Assembly: GCA_963514005.1 (NCBI GenBank)
Contig: OY740814.1
Span: forward strand, 17,918,001-17,982,000
Source of the DNA: Raja brachyura
Taxonomy: Eukaryota
Length of the DNA stretch: 64,000 nucleotides
Direction: 5' to 3'
In this document: one piece after another, positions 60,942 to 64,000 of the stretch
Layout: each line of letters opens with the position of its first letter
Position numbering within the stretch: position 1 is the stretch's first letter
Notes under the pieces: model-generated
Seen by the model: the letters and a program-made list of their open reading frames with translations, nothing else
Database searches by the model: none
What the model was told of the DNA's origin: nothing
Program-made: the position numbers and the translations under genes

Positions 60942-61067
60942 CAACTTCCTTTTGTGAAACGTTACGGAGTGTTAAGCACACAGTTGAAACATGGCAATTT
61001 ATCCATGGTCCACTACAGTGTACTCTTCAAGATTTTTAAAGCTCACGGGATTGGTTTTGATATTAAG
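60942..61067 (+). CDS. IQCH: IQCH internal coding exon (126 nt, phase 0 to 0)
   Basis: Acceptor ctttcAG, donor GTattg. Peptide QLPFVKRYGVLSTQLKHGNLSMVHYSVLFKIFKAHGIGFDIK. Confidence 0.9.
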
Positions 61068-61299
61068 GTATTGAAGTTTTTCTTGTCTCACAAGATTTGC
61101 CACGTTAGTAAGCACTATAGGTGGTCTTCTCTGACATCATTATAACCATGGTTTTATTCTATTAAACAAATCAGTTTGTTGCATGTTTTTTTTTCTAAAT
61201 TATATAAACAGGTTTATATAGAGGATATGTGTTATATTATATACATTTGGAAATCCTATTTAGTCATGCCAATTTCTGAAAGCAGCAAATAGCTTACAA

Positions 61300-61600
61300 C
61301 ATTGAACAGTATAGCACAGGAATAGGCCCTTCGGCCCACAATCTCTGTACCAAACATGATGCCAAGTTAAACTAATAGGCCTTTACGTGATTTATATGTC
61401 TCCATTCTCTGCATATCCATGCACCTATCTAAAAGCTTCTTAAATGTCACTATTTTATCTGTTCCACTACCACCAATGGCAGCATTTTATTGGCACTCAC
61501 TATTCTCTGGGTAAAAATAAAACTTGCCCGGCACATCTCCTTAAAACCTTTCCCTTCAGACCTTAAAACTATTCCTTCTAGTCTTTTACTTCTTTCTCCC
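61300..61600 (-). mobile_element. CR1-type LINE 3' end
   Basis: acaggaataggcccttcggcccaca...ccatgcacctatctaaaagc. Confidence 0.65.
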
Positions 61601-61999
61601 CAAATTCAAAACAACAATGTATATGCTTTTGTTGAAGGAATTTCCCTCCCTCCTGTACACAGTGGCATTAGATTCCAGGTGCCTGGGTATCATCCAGTTC
61701 CTCACTAAAACACAATCATTCTTGCCTGAGTTTGTGGGCACTGAGTGCTGGCATTGTTTCTTACTGGAGAGATGAAGAGTAATTAGTACCCACCAAACTC
61801 AGTCTTAATCTAAGCTACAGTTCACATCACATGCATTGCCAATAACAAGGGCCAGATTATAGCTATGAGACACCTCTATAACCTGGGGCTCTGGAGGCAA
61901 CAACTCTGCTGCCATTGCCCTGGCTCAGACCAGGCGAAGCTCGCATATTGAAGCATAGATTATACTATACTTTCCCATATGAATGACATTCATTGAATA

Positions 62000-63040
62000 A
62001 ACTGTTGGAGGAAATCTCACAAACACAGCTTTTTTTAAATTATCGCTAATACCCGTTTTAGTCAACTTGATTTATTTACAGTTTCTATAAAACAATATCT
62101 TACAGGGTAGAGTTTCCGAACACTAACTTTGACTGCAGTAACAGGCCTTTTGGAAATCTTAATACACCACATCCGTTTGCTTCCTTTTATCTATCCCGAT
62201 AGTTATGTTCTCAGATTTATAAAACAATATCCCTGTAATAAAACCATGCCTGGTCCTCTTATGCTTTGTTTAATATTCATTAATAATGGATTACAGCAGT
62301 TTCCCAATAACTGATGTTATGTTAACTGGCTTGCAAGTCCCTCTTTCTCTCTTTTTTTCTTAAATAATATTGTTCCATTTATTGTTTTCCGATCCACTGA
62401 AACCCCTGCAGAATATCAGAAAATTTGAACGTTGACAACGACTTAATTCACACAGCGGCAACAACAACTTTTGGTACCATCAAATTTGTTTCAGTCCAGG
62501 ATATCTACAATTTTTGTTATACGTTTTGTTTTCGATTAAATAAGCAATATATTTGTTTAACTTCTATTCATTTCCTCTTTACATTCACATGGCGGTTCTT
62601 ACCTTTTTGTTTTCTATTTTTGTGCTACTTTACATACATTCCCTCTTTCTCAGTCTTATTTTAAAGCAATTAACATGCTGTATCTTTTATAGGTTTCCCA
62701 AATCCTCACAAACCACAAGCCTGCTAATTACTTTAGTTAAATTTAAATGGATTGCGATTCTCAGTGTTTCTGGATGAAATATATATTCATTGAGAATTAG
62801 GAAATATTTATTTAAAATATATGCCATTGCTTCTGTCTTATTTCTCAATTACTTTACCCAGCTCTTATTAGCCCTCTGTACCTATGTGATTATCTTTATT
62901 TAACCTTAGGATTAGGACTAAGAATTTTTTTTCTTTAACTGTGTCACTCTCGGACTGAATATGAACTACTATTTTATTACCATCACCTTTCCTCCGATGA
63001 TCCATTATGAAGAAATTATTAATTAATCCTGCCTCACCAA
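62000..63040 (-). mobile_element. Degenerate CR1 ORF2 (N-terminal RT region)
   Basis: The reverse strand of 62130-62335 gives KPVNITSVIGKLL, HGF and DVVY-DFQKA. Confidence 0.6.
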
Positions 63041-63264
63041 ATCTAGAAATGTATGTTCCCTGTTGGGGTACACAATGCTTTTTGATAAGTTAAGGCAGGT
63101 ACAATAACAATATTAAAAAAATATTGATACAGGTAAATGGACAGGAAAGGTTTAGAGGATATATGGGCTCGGCATGGGGGATATGGGACATCTTTGTTTG
63201 CATGAATGACTTGGGCTGAAGGATCTATTAACTGTCCTGTAATTCTAAACTCCATTGAGGTTGC

Positions 63265-63527
63265 TGAGTTCAACAAGTGTAACTCACCAAGAGATGGTTG
63301 GGAAACCAAACCAAGAGAAACCAAGCTTCTTCACCCCATTTACCTTCTACCAGGTACCATTTACCTAACCTCTCACCCCATCAGACATCGCATAGACAGA
63401 GTCCCCCTAGTCCTTGCCTTTCACCCCATCAGCCGCTGTATACAACACATAATCCTCTGAAATGTTCGCCACCTTCAACGGGATCCCAACATTAGTCACA
63501 TCTTCCCATCTCCACCCCTTTCCGCCT
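63265..63527 (+). mobile_element. Penelope fragment
   Basis: DRVPLVLAFHPISRCIQHIIL...RHLQRDP. Confidence 0.7.
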
Positions 63528-64000
63528 TCTGGTCGGTTGGGGCACTGCGAGTCGGCTGCCTTGCCAGCAGTGTGTTCGTTATTTCAGATTTCTTTGCTTT
63601 TTTTGGTGCGTCTAAATGTTAGTTTAGGTGTCTCTTGGTGTGTCTTGTGTTGGGGGGGGGGGGGGGGAGAACCACTTTCGGTCGCCTCCTCGACGGAGAG
63701 GCGACTTTTTCCATGTAGCCTCCCTCGAGGCCTAACTGCATGGTTTGGAGCGGCCTTTCCCGGTGTCGGGCCTGGAGTTTCAGCAGCGGGCGCAGCGTGG
63801 ACTTTTCCATTGTGAAGCGGGCAAACCTTTGCCGGGGGTCGCCAGAGAGGAGTGTTCCGATCGCTGGCCTGGTGACTTTGGCATCATGGGGTTGTGGTCT
63901 GCAGAGTTTCTAGCCCCGGGCGTGGCGTGGACTTACCATCCGGAGTCTGGGATCCCTTGCTGGAGATCGCCGGAGAAGGGCTCCGACCGCCGGCCTGGGG
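63528..64000 (+). mobile_element. GC-rich non-autonomous element, related subfamily (copy 3, runs off the window)
   Basis: ggggcactgcgagtcggctgccttgccagcag...ggcgtggacttaccatc...gatcccttgc parallels copies 1 and 2. Confidence 0.65.

Noticed and set aside
63680-63711. Rho-independent terminator
   Set aside because: The context is eukaryotic; kept only as a possible structural motif of the repeat.

Overview
This is eukaryotic DNA, not a microbial locus. It is an intron-rich part of a vertebrate gene; the repeat families suggest a cartilaginous fish, probably a skate or ray (inference). The only host coding sequence I can support is seven consecutive + strand exons of IQCH (293-468, 3447-3719, 7753-7944, 30457-30577, 36529-36815, 57627-57809, 60942-61067). 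All have AG/GT boundaries and matching phases, and they splice into one open frame; the gene continues beyond both ends of the window. The introns hold many retroelements: an internally deleted DIRS1-type element inserted precisely into a Rex1/Babar LINE, Penelope-like elements with minimal hammerhead-type motifs, CR1, RTE and Tx1 LINE fragments, V-SINEs, Deu-type SINEs and a GC-rich non-coding element with a Rex/Babar-type tail. There is also a 200-N gap next to a C-rich tract. Most listed ORFs are spurious. I found no convincing wholly new biological system. The best leads concern retroelement structure, a local templated insertion, a SINE at a splice acceptor, and the ATP-grasp-like motifs of IQCH. 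Family assignments come from motifs I recognise, not from database searches.
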